Part shown: piece by piece, positions 37,736 through 50,600 of the stretch | Layout of the letters: each line of letters starts with the position of its first letter | How positions within the stretch are numbered: the first letter of the stretch is position 1 | Source of the DNA: Malacoraja senta | Lineage: Eukaryota | Direction of reading: 5' to 3' | Length of the DNA stretch: 64,000 nt | Assembly: GCA_038087875.1 (NCBI GenBank) | Contig: CM075977.1 | Coordinates: 92,628,001 to 92,692,000, forward strand | Position numbers and translations under genes: made by a program | Notes under the pieces: model-generated | What the model saw: the letters and a program-made list of their open reading frames with translations, nothing else | The model's database searches: none | What the model was told of the DNA's origin: nothing

Positions 37736-40389
37736 TTTTTTTTTTTTTATTTTCTTTTTTTTAAATTTTTATTTATTAGAAGTACATTACATTACAACCA
37801 CATACATTAATACTCGTCATTTATATCATCTTACAATTAATGTACTCCCTTTATTTATTTTTTTACACTAGAGAAAGAAAAGATTGAAAGAGAGAAGAAA
37901 GTGAAGGAAAAAGTGCAAGTGTAGAAAAGTGTAGAAAATGTAACAACAAAAAAGGACGAAGACCCTATAAGAGCGAAATTAAAAACAAAAAGAAAAAGAG
38001 TTAAGAAATAGGCCCTAAGAAAAGAAAAGAGAAAGAGAAAAAAAGAGAAACAAATGTTTTTTTTTGAGCATCACGTAAATAGGACATACCAACTCTTCAA
38101 CTATCATCCCCCCTTACCCGACCTCAATTTTTTTTTTTTTTTTTAAAGTACTTTTGCACCCTATGTTTGTAATAATTCTATAAATGCAGACCACGTCAGG
38201 TGGAAGTGATCTGGTTTACCTGCTAGGAGGAGTCTTATCTCTTCAAGGTGTAATGTTTCAAACATATTTGAAATCCACATATTTATAGTTGGTATTGGAG
38301 CCTTCTTCCAAAATGTTAGAATTAGCTTTTTTCCAGTTATTAACCCATAATCCATTAATTTCTTTTGAAACACATTTAATTCTGGATCATCTTCCGTTAT
38401 TCCGAAGATAATCCATTCTGCTTTGGGTATCAGTCTTGTTTTAAATAACTTTGTAAAGATTTCAAAAATTTCATTCCAAAATTTTTGAATTTTTGTACAG
38501 AAGACAAATGAGTGCGCTATAGTTGCTTCTTGGGATTGACATTTATCACAAATAGATGATACGTTTGGGAAAATTTTATGAATTTTAGTTTTCGAATAAT
38601 ATAATCTATGTAAAATTTTAAATTGTATTAAAGTGTGTCTTACATTAATCGAGCATTTATGCACTTTTAATAAGTATTCATTCCAACTTTCCTTTGAAAT
38701 TTTAATAGCTAACTCTTGTTCCCAGTCTCTTCTGATACCCTCCGTAGATGGTATTTGTGCATTTAAGATAATATTGTACAAATATGATATTAAGTTTGCT
38801 GATTCCGCTTTTATCTGCATTGCCTCGTCCAGTACATCTGCTGGGTTATTATGATGATCTTTTATATATTTTTTCAAATAGTCGCATATTTGAAAGTATT
38901 TAAAATATTGATTATTTCCGAGTTTATATTTTATTTGTAATTGTTGAAATGAAAGTAATTTTCCAGTTTCATACAAGTCACCAAGCGTTTTAATTCCTAG
39001 TCTATCCCATTGTGTATAAGCTTTATCTATAATAGAAGGACTAAACAAAGGGTTATTGACTATAGGTAATAAAAGTGATAAGTTTCTTAATTTTAAATTT
39101 TGTTTTATTTGTTTCCAAATACGGATTGTACTATGAATAATTGGGTTCTTATTATAGTTTATGTTATTCAATTTCATTGGAGAGAGGAGGATCGCTCCAA
39201 TGTTTCTAGAGGAGCAATCCTCTTTCTCCATTACAATCCAGTCTACTTGCTGGGCGGAGTTATCCATCAGTTGAATCATGTTTTTAATATTTACTGACCA
39301 ATAATAATACATAAAATTAGGTAGTGCTAGACCCCCCAATACTTTAGATTTATTCAGATGGGTTTTTTGTATTCTATGTGATTTATAGTCCCATATAAAA
39401 TTAGTGATATCCGAGTCGAGTTTTTTAAAAAACTTCTTAGGTAAGTATATAGGAATTGATTGAAATAGGTATAAAATTTGTGGTAAAAAGATCATTTTTA
39501 TTGCGTTTATTCGGCCTATTAAAGACATCGGAAGCGTTTTCCAGAATTTAATTAATGTATTCAGTTTATTAAGTAGGGGGTCAAAATTTGCCCTGAGCAT
39601 ACCTTGATATGCTCTGGTAATTTCGATTCCCAAATATTTAAATTTTTCTGTAGCTATTTTAAAAGGGAATTTCAAAAGATGTGTTGAATCTTTCGGTTTT
39701 ATTGACATAATTTCACTTTTATTCCAATTTATTCTATATCCAGAAAAAGATCCGAAGTCTTCAATTAAATTTAATATATTTGGTATAGTGATTTGAGGTT
39801 TTGTTATATACAATAATATATCATCCGCGTATAAAGATATTTTATTATATGAGTCTTTAGTATTATATCCATGAATATCAGGGTGTATTCTAATTTTTTC
39901 TGCTAGCGGTTCAATAATGAGAGCAAACAGCTGTGGTGATAATGAGCATCCTTGTCTATTTCCCCTTGATAGTTGAAATTTCAAGGATAATATGTTATTA
40001 GTAAGTATTCTAGCTGTAGGTTTGTTATATAGTAACTTAATCCATAAAATAAAATTCTCTCCCAGTTGAAATTTTTGCAATACTTTATCCATATAATTCC
40101 ATTCTACTTGATCAAATGCTTTTTCAGCATCCAGCGAAATAATTGATAATTCTTGATCTTCAGATTTGTGTGAGTGCATTATGTTGAGTAGACGTCTCAT
40201 ATTATTAGAAGAGTATCTCTTAGGGATAAACCCTGTCTGATCTGGGTTTATTAATTTACTAATGTATTTACTTAATCTTCTGGCTAATGTTTTCGCTAAT
40301 ATTTTTTGATCTGTGTTTAACAATGCTATAGCTCTATATGAGCCAGGTTCTTCTAAATCCTTATTTTTCTTAGGTATTAATGTAATCGT
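37736..40389 (-). mobile_element. 5'-truncated L1/Tx1-like LINE with poly(A) tail and 32-bp TSD
   Basis: T-rich tail from 37736, AATAAA on the minus strand, and an uninterrupted ORF2 fragment. Identical 32-mers at 37704-37735 and 40390-40421. Confidence 0.95.
38161..40389 (-). CDS. LINE ORF2 fragment: reverse transcriptase plus C-terminal CCHC; no endonuclease because of 5' truncation
   Basis: Motifs IPK...YRAIALLNTD, SLDAEKAFD, RQGCSLSP, LYADD, KYLG and CDKC-x8-H-x4-C. The frame is open from the truncation point to the stop (track ORF 38161-40323). Confidence 0.95.
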   Translation of the reverse strand, partial: TITLIPKKNKDLEEPGSYRAIALLNTDQKILAKTLARRLSKYISKLINPDQTGFIPKRYSSNNMRRLLNIMHSHKSEDQELSIISLDAEKAFDQVEWNYMDKVLQKFQLGENFILWIKLLYNKPTARILTNNILSLKFQLSRGNRQGCSLSPQLFALIIEPLAEKIRIHPDIHGYNTKDSYNKISLYADDILLYITKPQITIPNILNLIEDFGSFSGYRINWNKSEIMSIKPKDSTHLLKFPFKIATEKFKYLGIEITRAYQGMLRANFDPLLNKLNTLIKFWKTLPMSLIGRINAIKMIFLPQILYLFQSIPIYLPKKFFKKLDSDITNFIWDYKSHRIQKTHLNKSKVLGGLALPNFMYYYWSVNIKNMIQLMDNSAQQVDWIVMEKEDCSSRNIGAILLSPMKLNNINYNKNPIIHSTIRIWKQIKQNLKLRNLSLLLPIVNNPLFSPSIIDKAYTQWDRLGIKTLGDLYETGKLLSFQQLQIKYKLGNNQYFKYFQICDYLKKYIKDHHNNPADVLDEAMQIKAESANLISYLYNIILNAQIPSTEGIRRDWEQELAIKISKESWNEYLLKVHKCSINVRHTLIQFKILHRLYYSKTKIHKIFPNVSSICDKCQSQEATIAHSFVFCTKIQKFWNEIFEIFTKLFKTRLIPKAEWIIFGITEDDPELNVFQKKLMDYGLITGKKLILTFWKKAPIPTINMWISNMFETLHLEEIRLLLAGKPDHFHLTWSAFIELLQT

Positions 40390-41876
40390 TGATTAACCTG
40401 TCAGTCTGTAAAATGTCTTTCAAGGGTGAAGAATTCGTTGGAATCATTCATGGACAATGCCAAATAACTCATTCCCTAACAGCCAACTTGGTCTCGTCTG
40501 GATGAGCAGCAAGCATCTTGCTTATGCACTATACGAGGAAGCAACTCCGTTTAAGCTTTGTTGAATTGCAATGGCATCTTGATATATATTCATGTTTCTG
40601 AAATATGGAATTCAGCCAAGACAAAGAGCAAGCAAATCAAAATATAAAATGGCAACTCTCAGCTGTACTTTCTGTAACCAGTGTCACCAATTCCACATGA
40701 TATGATGCTTATTCTGATTGAATATAAACAAAAACCCTTGCTGCACTGATAATAAAGTGCAGTCACGATTGTGCGATAGAAAATATGACAAACAACTTGG
40801 ATTCATCAACGTTGAGGCACAAGGAACTGCAGATGCTGGTTACCAAAAAACCCCCAATGTGCTGTAATAACTCGGAAGGTCAGACAGCATCTCTGGTCAG
40901 GAGAACATAGATAGGTGACGTTTTGTGTCAGGATCCTTCTTCAGATTAGTTATTCCAGCACTGTATCTTTCTTTGGATTCATTAAACATCTACACATAGG
41001 AAGATGATAATGGCTAGATAATCTGTTTTCATGATATTAATGATCAGCTAGGACACATTGGTGACATCCCTGCTCTTTTTTTGAAATGACAGCATCTGAT
41101 CATTGCCATCTATCCAAGACAATAGATCAAATCTCATTTTAACACCTCATCCAAGAGGCAGACGCTTAAACAATAAAGCCATCCCTCTGGCCAACAGATA
41201 ATTGTTAAACTGGATTTCTGAACACCTTACTGGAGTGGCACTAGAACTGACAACCTTCTCACACAAGCCACAGCTGACGCTAATTTTTGAGGCAGCCCTG
41301 TCTGCAAGATTGATTTGCGATTATGCGGCAAACTTGGGTAGCGACTAATCAGCTGTAAAATATATGCATTGTAAAACTTCAACATGAAATATAGATATAA
41401 AATATACCCACAAACCACCTATATTTAAACCAGGTTGTGCTCTATATTCTTTTGACATTTACTGAGGGATGGCAATGATGGGGAGTTTGGGCTAATCAGG
41501 TTGCGGACTTTTGTAAGATTTGTAAATTTCTAATTAAATAGCAAACCATTGCTGATGTCATTTATACTGTATGTCAGTTCTTTCACAGTGTTTGATTGAT
41601 ACAAGCAATGTTCCTTTCCCTCCTTTCTCTAATCTGTCTTTATATTTTAATAAATAGCTAAACTGACAGGCAGAAAAGAGTTCCAATCAACTGGAATGAA
41701 ACAGCTGCATCTCTAGTTTATTCTTAGCAATGTGGTCCTTTGGCTCAGTGTCACCGTTGACAAGTATTTCATTTTGAATCAAAGAAAACTTTCCAACAGT
41801 TAATCAGTTTAGTCACTTCAAGCAGAGATGGAAACACTCTAAAATACTATCCCACTTAGTTTAGCTGTTGATGTAC

Positions 41877-41964
41877 CTTGGCATGATGTAGATCCACTCC
41901 ATACATAGATAGCTTTTTGACATTTTCCAAAAAATGCATCTCTGCTTCAGCAGGTGACATGCCC
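41877..41964 (-). CDS. EPB41L3: EPB41L3 exon, FERM ([29 protein letters not shown])
   Basis: 88 nt, ttttag|...|gtacat, phase 2-0. [10 protein letters not shown] is typical of 4.1B. Confidence 0.96.
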
Positions 41965-43973
41965 CTAAAATATAGAAGCAAAATTACAATGTTATTCTGC
42001 TCACCTATCAACTGCAACATTTTGAATTTCATAAAACAATAAAAAAACTGTTAAAATTGTGTGCACTTTGTCACAAAGCTATATATCTTCCTCTGAAATA
42101 ATCAGTTTATACATCTGGAGAAGAATATAAATCGCACAAATGGGCTATATTTATGCTTAGAAAAGAAATGTAAAAGCTTTGCCTACAAATAATTCCCGAC
42201 TGAGAGACCAACCTACATTTTGAAGACTAGGCAAGTGAGCCACATGTTTTCTAACACAAAAAATAGCTGGATTAGCTGACAGCAGAAGCAACTCCCAAGT
42301 GTGATGAACTGAAGACTCTGGTTCATCACGGCAAAAGGGGAAACTGTAATATCCTCAGAGAAATGAAACGCAGGCCACAAATAGTCAAAGAATCAGTCTC
42401 TGCTAGATTTTACCAGGTAGTCAATAAGCTGTCCTAGGGCAATGCTATTTATGGCCTCAAGCACTGCACACTGTGCATTCATTTAGAGAAAGATTTCAGA
42501 TCTCTTAATAGAAAGTTAAGGAGAAAAAAAATCACTTATCGTTACTGATTATTCAATGTAATTCCAATGTATTCACAAATGCACAGACAGCATATTACTT
42601 AATTAATATGCCCAAAATTAATTGCAGAATATCATTGATAAAGTGTTCTATATCACAGTATTTAGCAACTGTGAAGCCCAGTGACAAGTTATCCACAAGG
42701 AATACTCTGCATATCCTGTGTGTTGCTGTTGTTATTTGTGTTTTAATGTTCACCAAGTAGGTCTGCTCCTTAGATTATAAAGCCTACATCCCTACAGTCA
42801 CAGCACAGTGTTAACACCTCACAATACTGCTTGCACAAGATAAGTTATTTTCACGATTCTTTTCCCTAAACTGTACCAGCGTGACCCTCCCATTCAGAAG
42901 TAGTCTCAGAACACTGTACAAAATGAGAAAAAAAGATACACTGGATACTTTGTGCAAAGACAAAGAAAACTGGAGAGATAATGACTGAGAACTACAGGGG
43001 AAGGGAAGATTTTCAAATCTACAGTAAGTGAACAGGAAATTGTAGAGAACAGATATTAGCTGTGAAGCAGAATAAGCATCGCGCAGACGTAGAGGACAGA
43101 GGAAGGGTGTGGGAAAAGACTTTGAATCTTCACAAAGTTGCTAAAAGTATGAAATGGTTTAATGAGATATAATAAGCAGAAGACTAAGCTGCAAAGATGG
43201 ATTTTGATGGGATCAATGAATGCTTGGACTAAAAATGTTTTAAAAAAAAGGAGTACAATTAGGTGGAGGACATTTTTAAAAAAAAATTTAGTTTTTGGAT
43301 ACAAGCCTTATCAGGGATGCACATCCCCATTCGACAAAATTAAGAGGCCACGTGTGTCAGTTGAGTGTAAATTATGCTGGTATGAGACTTTAATCTTGCA
43401 CAAGCAAGGTATTATGTCTTTATACGAATACAACAGTCTCATCGTCACTTTTTCTAGCAATGGCTAATTTACAAACTTAATTCTAAATTTTAATTAACCA
43501 TGACTGCATCTGAACTCATTTTCTCCGGGTCGAAGCCTCAAGATTATTAGTTTATAGCATAACTACATAACATAACATAACAACTACATTACTATTTCCT
43601 ATAAAACTTTCCAAAAGGCAAGGTCTAGGTACTGAGAGTCAGAGAAACAAGTGACACAGGGGTTCAGGATAAATCTTCAAGAGGTTGCATAGATGAACAC
43701 AACAATGGTATGCGGACAGAAGAGTGGTAATTTATTGATTGATTTATTGTTTGAGTAGGAATTTATTGATTTATTGGTGGAGATAGAAAGGTTAGGGTCA
43801 TGGTACCACTGAATATGGTTGTGCTAAACAAAATAGCTAATTGGAGGTCCAACAGAACAATTAGTGCTGTGACCAATAGGTCGAGAAAGATTTAAAGAAT
43901 TATAGAAAGGAATATCAGGGGATATAGAGATGGGAGAACACAATTGTGAGGAAACAAGGTTTAAAGATATGTT

Positions 43974-44083
43974 GAAGGTAGACACAAAACATTGGAGTAA
44001 CTCAGCGGGACAGGCAGCATCTCTGGAGGGAAGGAATGGGTGACGTTTCAGGTCGAGACCCTTCTTCAGACTGATGTCAGGGG
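43974..44083 (-). mobile_element. Penelope terminal-repeat fragment (single arm) with hammerhead core 44042-44069
   Basis: Minus strand reads CTGAAGAAGGGTCTCGACCTGAAACGTC, followed by the same tail as the palindromic copies. Confidence 0.8.
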
Positions 44084-44554
44084 CATCAAATAAAGATATG
44101 TTATTGACCGCAGAGGATGAATGGGTCAAAAGTTTGGGTTTTTAACATAGGTGATGAATGCAGTTATGAAAAGGCATGAGAGTGCCCGAGGAAAGGAGCA
44201 TATCAAGGGAGGCATTTGATAAAATCTGAAATTTACAAGTATTGTAATTTGAAATTATGGATATTACCATAATGTTTTATTCACAGGTCTCATACAGTAA
44301 ACACAGCTTACGCACCTTATGCTGAGGAGAGCACCGATGATGACGAGAGTTAAAATGTCAAACCAACTATTTATTTAGCTTTCTAGGGAATTAGGATTTA
44401 TTAATAGCATGTGACTTGCCTTGCCCATTGGAGTTTACTAAATACATACAAGATTTGAGGACTGAATTTGTGGATCCATTTGTAAGTAACTTGCTGAAAG
44501 CCACCTGGCAATTTTCAAGTATCAGATTAAATGCCTACACATTGTTTGACGTAC

Positions 44555-44773
44555 TTGTGGCTTTTGTGTAGTTCTATCACTTTTTCTTCCAGTTCCTTCG
44601 TTTCATTCGGAGCAAAGCGAAACTCACTGATGTACTCAGTGCCGTACTCATCTGGGTCATAGTCTCCAAGTTCCGCCTGGACTGTGTAGGAACCAAGCAA
44701 GACGTGTGTAGCAAAAGAACACGGCAATCGCCCAGAGATAATGTCATCTCTCAGTTGCAGACACAGGTAGTAC
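44555..44773 (-). CDS. EPB41L3: EPB41L3 exon, FERM central lobe ([20 protein letters not shown]...ELHKSH)
   Basis: 219 nt within ORF 44527-44793, atgtag|...|gtacgt, phase 2-2. Confidence 0.97.
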
Positions 44774-46129
44774 CTACATGGGGGAAAAGACAATGAAGCT
44801 TGAGATCTTTCAACATTTGTGTGGTTTTGGGGTACAACTGAAATTCATAGTTCAGAGTTAGGAAATGACAATCAATATTCTTCATGAAATGATTGAAAGC
44901 AAATGCCTATATTGCATGGCCAAATTATCCAAGGGTATATATGCACTAAAGATTTATATTATATCATTATCGTCTAAACAAGTCTATGACTTTGATTTAG
45001 ATACCATACTGGTTATTCTGAACTACTGTAATGTAACACAGAAAATTACAGGTATTCCCTTCTTGCAGCTTCTCAGCACTGAAGACATTCTTTGCTTTTA
45101 GTGAAGTATTGCTGTGAACAATGAAATTAAGTGATGATCATTAAAACATCAAACCATCCAACTCAAACACTATTCATTTTAAGACAGCATTCAGAGAAAA
45201 AAGTTTAAATCGGTTTATTAGAACAATTGTTAACATGCAAGGTGTTTTTTTTAAATGTCAATTTTGCTAGGCCGTGTCAGATGGCTGTTAAGAGGTCAAG
45301 GAATTGCTTTGGATCTAAAAGTAACATACCCAACCACGTAAGGAAAACCCATTGTAAACAACAAACTGCAAGAGGAACTCAGCAGATCTGTGATGATAAA
45401 TTGACAGTCGCGTTTCGGGTCGAGTCCTTTCTTCTGGATCCGTCCAAACTAAGGATTTCAACCTGTAATGTTGTCTGTCCATTTCCCTCCACAGATGCTG
45501 CTTGACCTTCTGAGTGCCTCCAGTTTATTTGCACCGGATTCCAGCGTCTGCAGTCTTATCTCCAAAAAAAACTATTTCCTTACTCAGAGGATAGTTGTGG
45601 GCTAGATTACACCAATTTAGTGGTTTATACAGTGGCTATAATTGACACTAGATTTTGATTCCAAATACAATAACTGCATTCACGTTTTCAAACTACATGA
45701 TGAGAGTTGGATCTCTCAAACATTATTGCAGACATTAAAATTACATGTTTGGTAACTTGTAATTGCTATACTACTACAAATCTTACATTTCTCTCTCTAC
45801 GTTGAAGGATTACATTAGCAGTGTGCTGAATAACTACCAACATGTTCCTGTTAAAGAAGCAATTTTGGCATTGCCATTACAATATCCCCAAAATGGAGTA
45901 CCTCTTCACAGAACTTTCCCAACTGAGCTCCAACTTATAGGGAAAGTGAAGTTGGAAGATACCACATCAAGACTGAAAGGGACTAAGGCGACTGTACATA
46001 TTTTTAGATTGCTTTCAAATGTTTTGATTTATTTACTATTTAATTTCAGTCTTAATGAATTCACTTTTAAATGTTTAACTAATTTAAACAGTTAATGGAG
46101 TTAAAACAGCTCTGAAAGTTTCTGGACAT

Positions 46130-47043
46130 CAATCAATCAATCAATCAGTTTTATTCGTCACTTGCACATAAAGTGCAAGTGAAATGAATTTGCCAGCAGC
46201 GGTACAATGAAAAAAGAACACACAAAAACACAATAAAAATTTAACACAAACATCCACCACAGCATTCATCACTGTGGTGGAAGGCACAAAATTTGGCCAG
46301 TCCTCCTCCATTTTCCCCCGTGGTCGGGACCTCAATCCTCCGCAGCCGCCGCTGCGGGCGTCCAGATGTGTAGACAAGGTAAAGTCCAGGTAAGTCCTGA
46401 ATCGGTGCCTCCCCACCGGAGACCGCGGCTTCAGGTTGGTGTAGGCCGCAGGCCGGCGGTCGAAGATTTAAAGTCCCCGCTGCTCTGCAGCCGGAAGCAC
46501 CACAGACCGCAGGGCCGGCGGTCGGAGCTCCTCTCCACGGATCCCCGGCGAGGGACCCCGCTCCTGATGATAAGTCCACGCCGCGCCCACGGTAGAAGTT
46601 GGCCGCAGGTCGGCGGTCGGAGCTCTTATCCTCGCGGGTCCCCAACAAGGGATCCCAGGCTGCGGACGCTGCGCTAGCTGGAGCTCCGCAGACCGCGGCT
46701 TCAGGCTGCCGCAGGCCAGCGAACGGAGCGCTCCCCTCTGGCGACGGCTCGCCTGCTCCACGACGAGAGTCCACTCTGCGCCCGCTGCTGAAGCTGAAGC
46801 CCCGGGCACGTCTCCGGGAAAGGCCGATCCTTGCTGTTAGGCCACGGGGGAGGCGACATGGAAAAAAGTCACCTCTCCATGGAGGAGGCGACCGAAGCGG
46901 TTTCCCCCTTACCCCCCCCCCCCCCCACACAAGACACACAGAGAGACACCAAAAACACACATTAGGACACACTAAAAAATAAAAAAAAAGTAGAAAAAAC
47001 TAACACGCTGCTGGCAGGGCTGCCGGCTTGCAGTGACCCCACC
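46130..47043 (-). mobile_element. CpG-rich non-autonomous retroelement with a (TGAT)n tail and possible 5-bp TSD GACAT
   Basis: (CAAT)n at 46130-46146 next to minus-strand AATAAA. Internal repeats GACCGCGGCTTCAGG and CGGCGGTCG. GACAT on both flanks. Confidence 0.7.
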
Positions 47044-47564
47044 GACATGAGAAATATTAAAATCTGTGACAACTTGCAAAGCTAAAGCTCAAATATTTCT
47101 TTGTTTTCTAGCCATATCTTGTTCTTCTCCAATCCCATGAAACACAGGGCCAGACTACAACTGCTGGAACCAGCTCCTATGAGCAACTTCCCATGGAGAA
47201 ATGCACAAGCATGACTCCATTTCACCAGTGAGATCGGTTAGTTTGTTACTTTAATATTCAGAAGTCCAATAAGTTTTGATCAGATCTTCAAAATTCCTTC
47301 AGGCCATTTAAAATGTAATAAAATTCTACAACGGCAAATGAGGAATGCAAACCAAGACAAAGAGAGACTGTAAATGCTGGAATCTGGAGTAAAAAACAAA
47401 CTGCTAGAAGAATTCAGGAGGCTCACATGCGTCTTATCCAATATTGTCTCATGCATTTGGCACGTGACATGGCCTCCTCTATATTGGCAAGATCAAGGGT
47501 TCTTCTAAATTTAATTCCACATTTTTTAAGCTTCTGATGACTGCTTCAGAATGACCATGTTCAG

Positions 47565-47631
47565 CACCGGTTGCATGCCATTTCATGTTGGATCTCACCG
47601 GTTGCATGCCATTTCATGTTGGATCTCACCG
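47565..47631 (+). repeat. Exact 31-bp tandem duplication inside a decayed Penelope remnant
   Basis: CACCGGTTGCATGCCATTTCATGTTGGATCT twice, then CACCG. Confidence 0.9.
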
Positions 47632-50600
47632 CATTTCAATTGTATTTCCAACAATCTGCCATCTAAAATAGGGGACAACTGAATTTTTCCAACAAATCCT
47701 GCCATTAATTTTCAAATGTTAATATAACCCTAAATTTCTGCTGCTATTTCCCCAGCCATAACCTCAATGGCAAATTGGTGTAATCTCTAGAAATTATCCA
47801 AGTAGCTAACTGTAGTCTTTTAGATGGTTTTCCCAAGTACGATACCGATATTCCAGTGGTCAACTGTTGTGGAGATTCCAGGCTTACGCAATTCCCACGT
47901 TCTCTACACAGCATATAAAATGGATACCCAGGGTGGACAGGGATTAAACAATTCACAAAGTGCCAGAGAATCTCAGGTCAGGCAGCATCAGTGGAGGGAA
48001 ATGGACAGCCGACCTTTCGAGTTGGGACCCTTATTCAGAAGACACTTCTCCAGCTGTTTGTTCAAGATTCCATCATCAGTCGTCACTTGTGTCTCAATTT
48101 GCACAAAGATGAAGTTGCATGTACGAGTTCAACAGAATAACAAATTCTTTCCAAATGTACTAGCTGGTTTTGAGACACCTGTTCTGGGCTCCCTTATATT
48201 TTGCAGGTTTGAGTATTTACTCCATTTCAAACTCATTTATATAATGCAAGTAGAGTACTGCCACACATTTCCAGTGTGGAGGAGTGAATGATGCGGATTC
48301 ACCTCCAAACCTGAATGGTGTGGAATGTTGGCCAAAGGAACGGCCAGAAGATGACACTTCCCAACACTCAAGTATGCAAATAGAAGGTGCCTGGCTCAAC
48401 AATCATCAGTGTACTCTGCCAATTCATCCTTTTTTTTGCCAGTAATAACCTTGGCTGTAACTCCAGATACTATTTGAGATGCTGCATGTGTCCATGTCTC
48501 ACAATCCAAACCAAAAGTTAAAAGCCCTTCAATGAGTTGTAATGACTTTCGCTAGCTACCGTACACTTTTATTTTTCAATCAACTATGACCGTTGAAGGA
48601 AGACATAAAGCCAATTGATAAGAGATACTTTCAACTATGCCCAAGTTCAAATTGCACCGTTAACCAACTGAATATTGGCCAGAAATCAGGTATCAGAGCC
48701 TTTTATTAAAGGTAAAAATACAAAATTAATTTATTTATCCAATATTTCAACAACAAACAGCCAGAAATTTGAAGAATCTTAGATATACCAGTTGAATGTC
48801 ATTGCAAAGAACTCGTTTTTGTGATACAACCTATTTTATTTAAATTCCACTTCTCTGACTGGAACATACAGCACTTTGCTCTGAACCATAAATGACAATT
48901 GGATGAAAATGTAAGTTGCTGTTTGAAAGAAAGTAGTCCAAATAATAGCAAGACACATTTGAGATATGCATCTCAAACATAATTGCCTTTCACAATAGTA
49001 CTGGCTGTTTAACATGCTAAAATGCTGAATGCATTTTAACATTATAATACCATGTATCTATTTAATCTTTTAGTTTTACAAGAAGGTGTTGATAAGCTCT
49101 CATTACCACTCTTTTATCAGCTTCTATAGCAGGAAGTAAAACATGAATCTAGAGCAATACCAACTAAATTTAAGTGTTGTTCTATTTCTAGCTGGCTGCA
49201 GAATTTTCAACTTATCCTATGATGTCCGTTGCCGCAGATTTGGGCCTACAAGTGGAATTAAGATGCCCACCTCCAGGATCAATTGTTATTGAATGGGAAA
49301 ATAATAACGCTCAATTCCAACAACAGATGATCAGTTTGCTTTTCTCCAACATAATTTGACCATAAAGATATAATTATGGTTCAATGGTTCTTTATTGTCA
49401 CGTGTACCGAGATACAGTGAAATTTGATTTACCATACAGTCATACCAAAAAAAAAAGCACAAGATACATAACTACATAAAGATTAAACATAGACTTAAAC
49501 AGCCACCACAGCGGCGTGTGAGAATGCCCAGGGCACACAGCATAAGCAGAGACCCACAGCCATCAGTTCAATGCCCGGGCTACATACAGGCTCCTTCACT
49601 GTGATGTGACCAGAGTTGTACTGACCGCTGTAACTCTCTCTGCAGTCCAAATTATCATATTTAAGTAGTGAATTCTTCCCTTTTTTGGGAATTTTTAGCT
49701 GATGTATATCTGTGGTATTAATTTGTAGATAGAGGAAATTTTAAAAAGTACACTTCCTTAATGCGTTTGTAAGATAACATGAATTAAGTATTTCTAAAAT
49801 ATGCTTTGAATCAGGGTGTTGAGTGAAGCTTTCAAAGTACATGAAGTTTGAAGTGAAATAAAACTCTCGCATTAACTAATGTACATCCTCTGTGGTATGG
49901 AAAGCATTCAGAAAGATGTTGGAGAATCACACAGAATGAAATACACTGCCGATTGTTGAGAAGGCAGGTTCAAAGCACTCAGCAGGAAAGAGCCAGATGG
50001 CAATATTTAATATGCCCAACAGCCTAAAATTAAATGAAGTTATCCTTAATGTAGCTCTACCAGGATGGTAAAAGCATTGCAATCTGTATAATATATCATC
50101 GGGATATATTTTGGGTTGGAAGATTATTGGTTACATTGTGAGGTCTTTGCTTCAGGCAATCGGGGAATAAGAAAGATTCTGTAATCATCACATTCTAGTT
50201 CAAGCTTTCATCCATTCTCTTCTGACATATTTGTTTCTTTCAAAGTTTCTTTGAAATTTATTTCTTCCAACATGCTGCAGGTTCATCGCCATCTTCTTCC
50301 TCTTTCAATTCTCTTTCCTCTCATCTCATGTTCATACCGCTGTGAGAGATGGGGTATTATATACTGTGGAAAGCAACTGGTCTGGATGGAGTCCCCAGCT
50401 GCCTCAGAACTTGCTCAGACCAGCTAGCAGGACTATTCATGGACATCGTTAACCTCTCCAAAGCAGCTAGTTTAATGACTTCAGGAAGTGAGGTGTAAAT
50501 ATCACCAACAATTTATCCTGGACCGACCACATTGAAACTATAGCCAATAAAGCACACAAATGCCTTTACTTCCTGAGAAGACTAAGGAGATTCAGCATAT

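Noticed and set aside
46241-46982. 243-aa and overlapping ORFs; also the ORFs at 3594-4023
   Set aside because: They arise from stop-codon scarcity in GC-rich repeats, are open in several frames on both strands, and show no domain motifs.
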